The notes below the pieces were generated by a model. It did not search any database. It had not been told where the DNA came from and saw only the letters and a list, made by a program, of their open reading frames with translations. From contig NW_027138407.1 of assembly GCF_035084215.1 (NCBI RefSeq), positions 1,178,001 through 1,242,000 on the forward strand: a stretch of 64,000 nt of DNA, in the 5' to 3' direction. How positions within the stretch are numbered: the stretch's first letter is position 1; each line of letters starts with the position of its first letter. Of this stretch, positions 63,601 through 64,000 are shown in pieces. The position numbers and the translations under genes are program-made. Source of the stretch: Heptranchias perlo (lineage: Eukaryota).

Positions 63601-64000
63601 GCAACGCCTCGATTTCAAAAATCTCATCCTTGTTTACAAATCTCTTCATGTCCTCACCACCACCACCAACACTTCCCCCCTATCGCTGCGACCGTCGCCA
63701 GCCTTACATCCCGCCGTGATCTCTGTGCCCCTCCAATTCTTGTCTATTGCGCATTCCCGAGTTTAATCGTTCCACCATTGACCGCCGTGCCTTCAGCTGC
63801 CTCGGCCCGAAGCTCTGGAATTCCCTCCCTAAACCTCTCCGCCTCTCTGTATATTTCTCCGCTTTTACGACGCCCCTTGAAACCTACCTCTTTCACCAAG
63901 CTTTTGATCACCTGTCCTAATATCTCCTTATGTGGGTCGGTGTGAAATTTTGTTTTATAACGCTCCTGTGAAGCGCCTTGGGACGTTTTACCACATTAAA
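57645..64000. repeat. Segmental duplication unit C (runs off the window)
   Basis: Collinear with 38420-44830. Confidence 0.92.
62229..62290 (+). pseudogene. Orphan V 3' stub (DYYCALNS) with 23-RSS, unit C
   Basis: CACAGAG (62252-62258), 23 bp, ATAAAAAAT. Confidence 0.75.

Overview
Eukaryotic, cartilaginous-fish (shark-type) genomic DNA from a T-cell receptor alpha/delta locus. The centrepiece (+ strand, about 24.5-36.6 kb) is a compact, self-contained NAR-TCR-type cassette. In order it holds a leader and IgNAR-like V (22-RSS), one D (12/12 RSS), a long J with two germline cysteines (23-RSS), a leaderless supporting V-delta (24-bp-spacer RSS), four J segments of which only one looks functional with no intervening D, and an intact TCR-delta constant gene (Ig, CP and TM exons, probable 3'UTR exon). 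It is flanked on both sides by conventional TCR V-alpha/delta segments with 23-RSS, almost all in the opposite orientation (4 intact-looking, 1 ORF lacking Cys23/Trp41, 3 pseudogenes). The right third is a tandem ~9-10 kb triplication whose units carry an orphan YYCALSS/LNS+RSS stub, a decayed retroviral-type pol and (first two units) a V gene. The remainder is CR1/L2-type LINE debris, Deu-domain SINEs, a solo LTR and minisatellites. All coordinates were read by eye and repeat boundaries are approximate.
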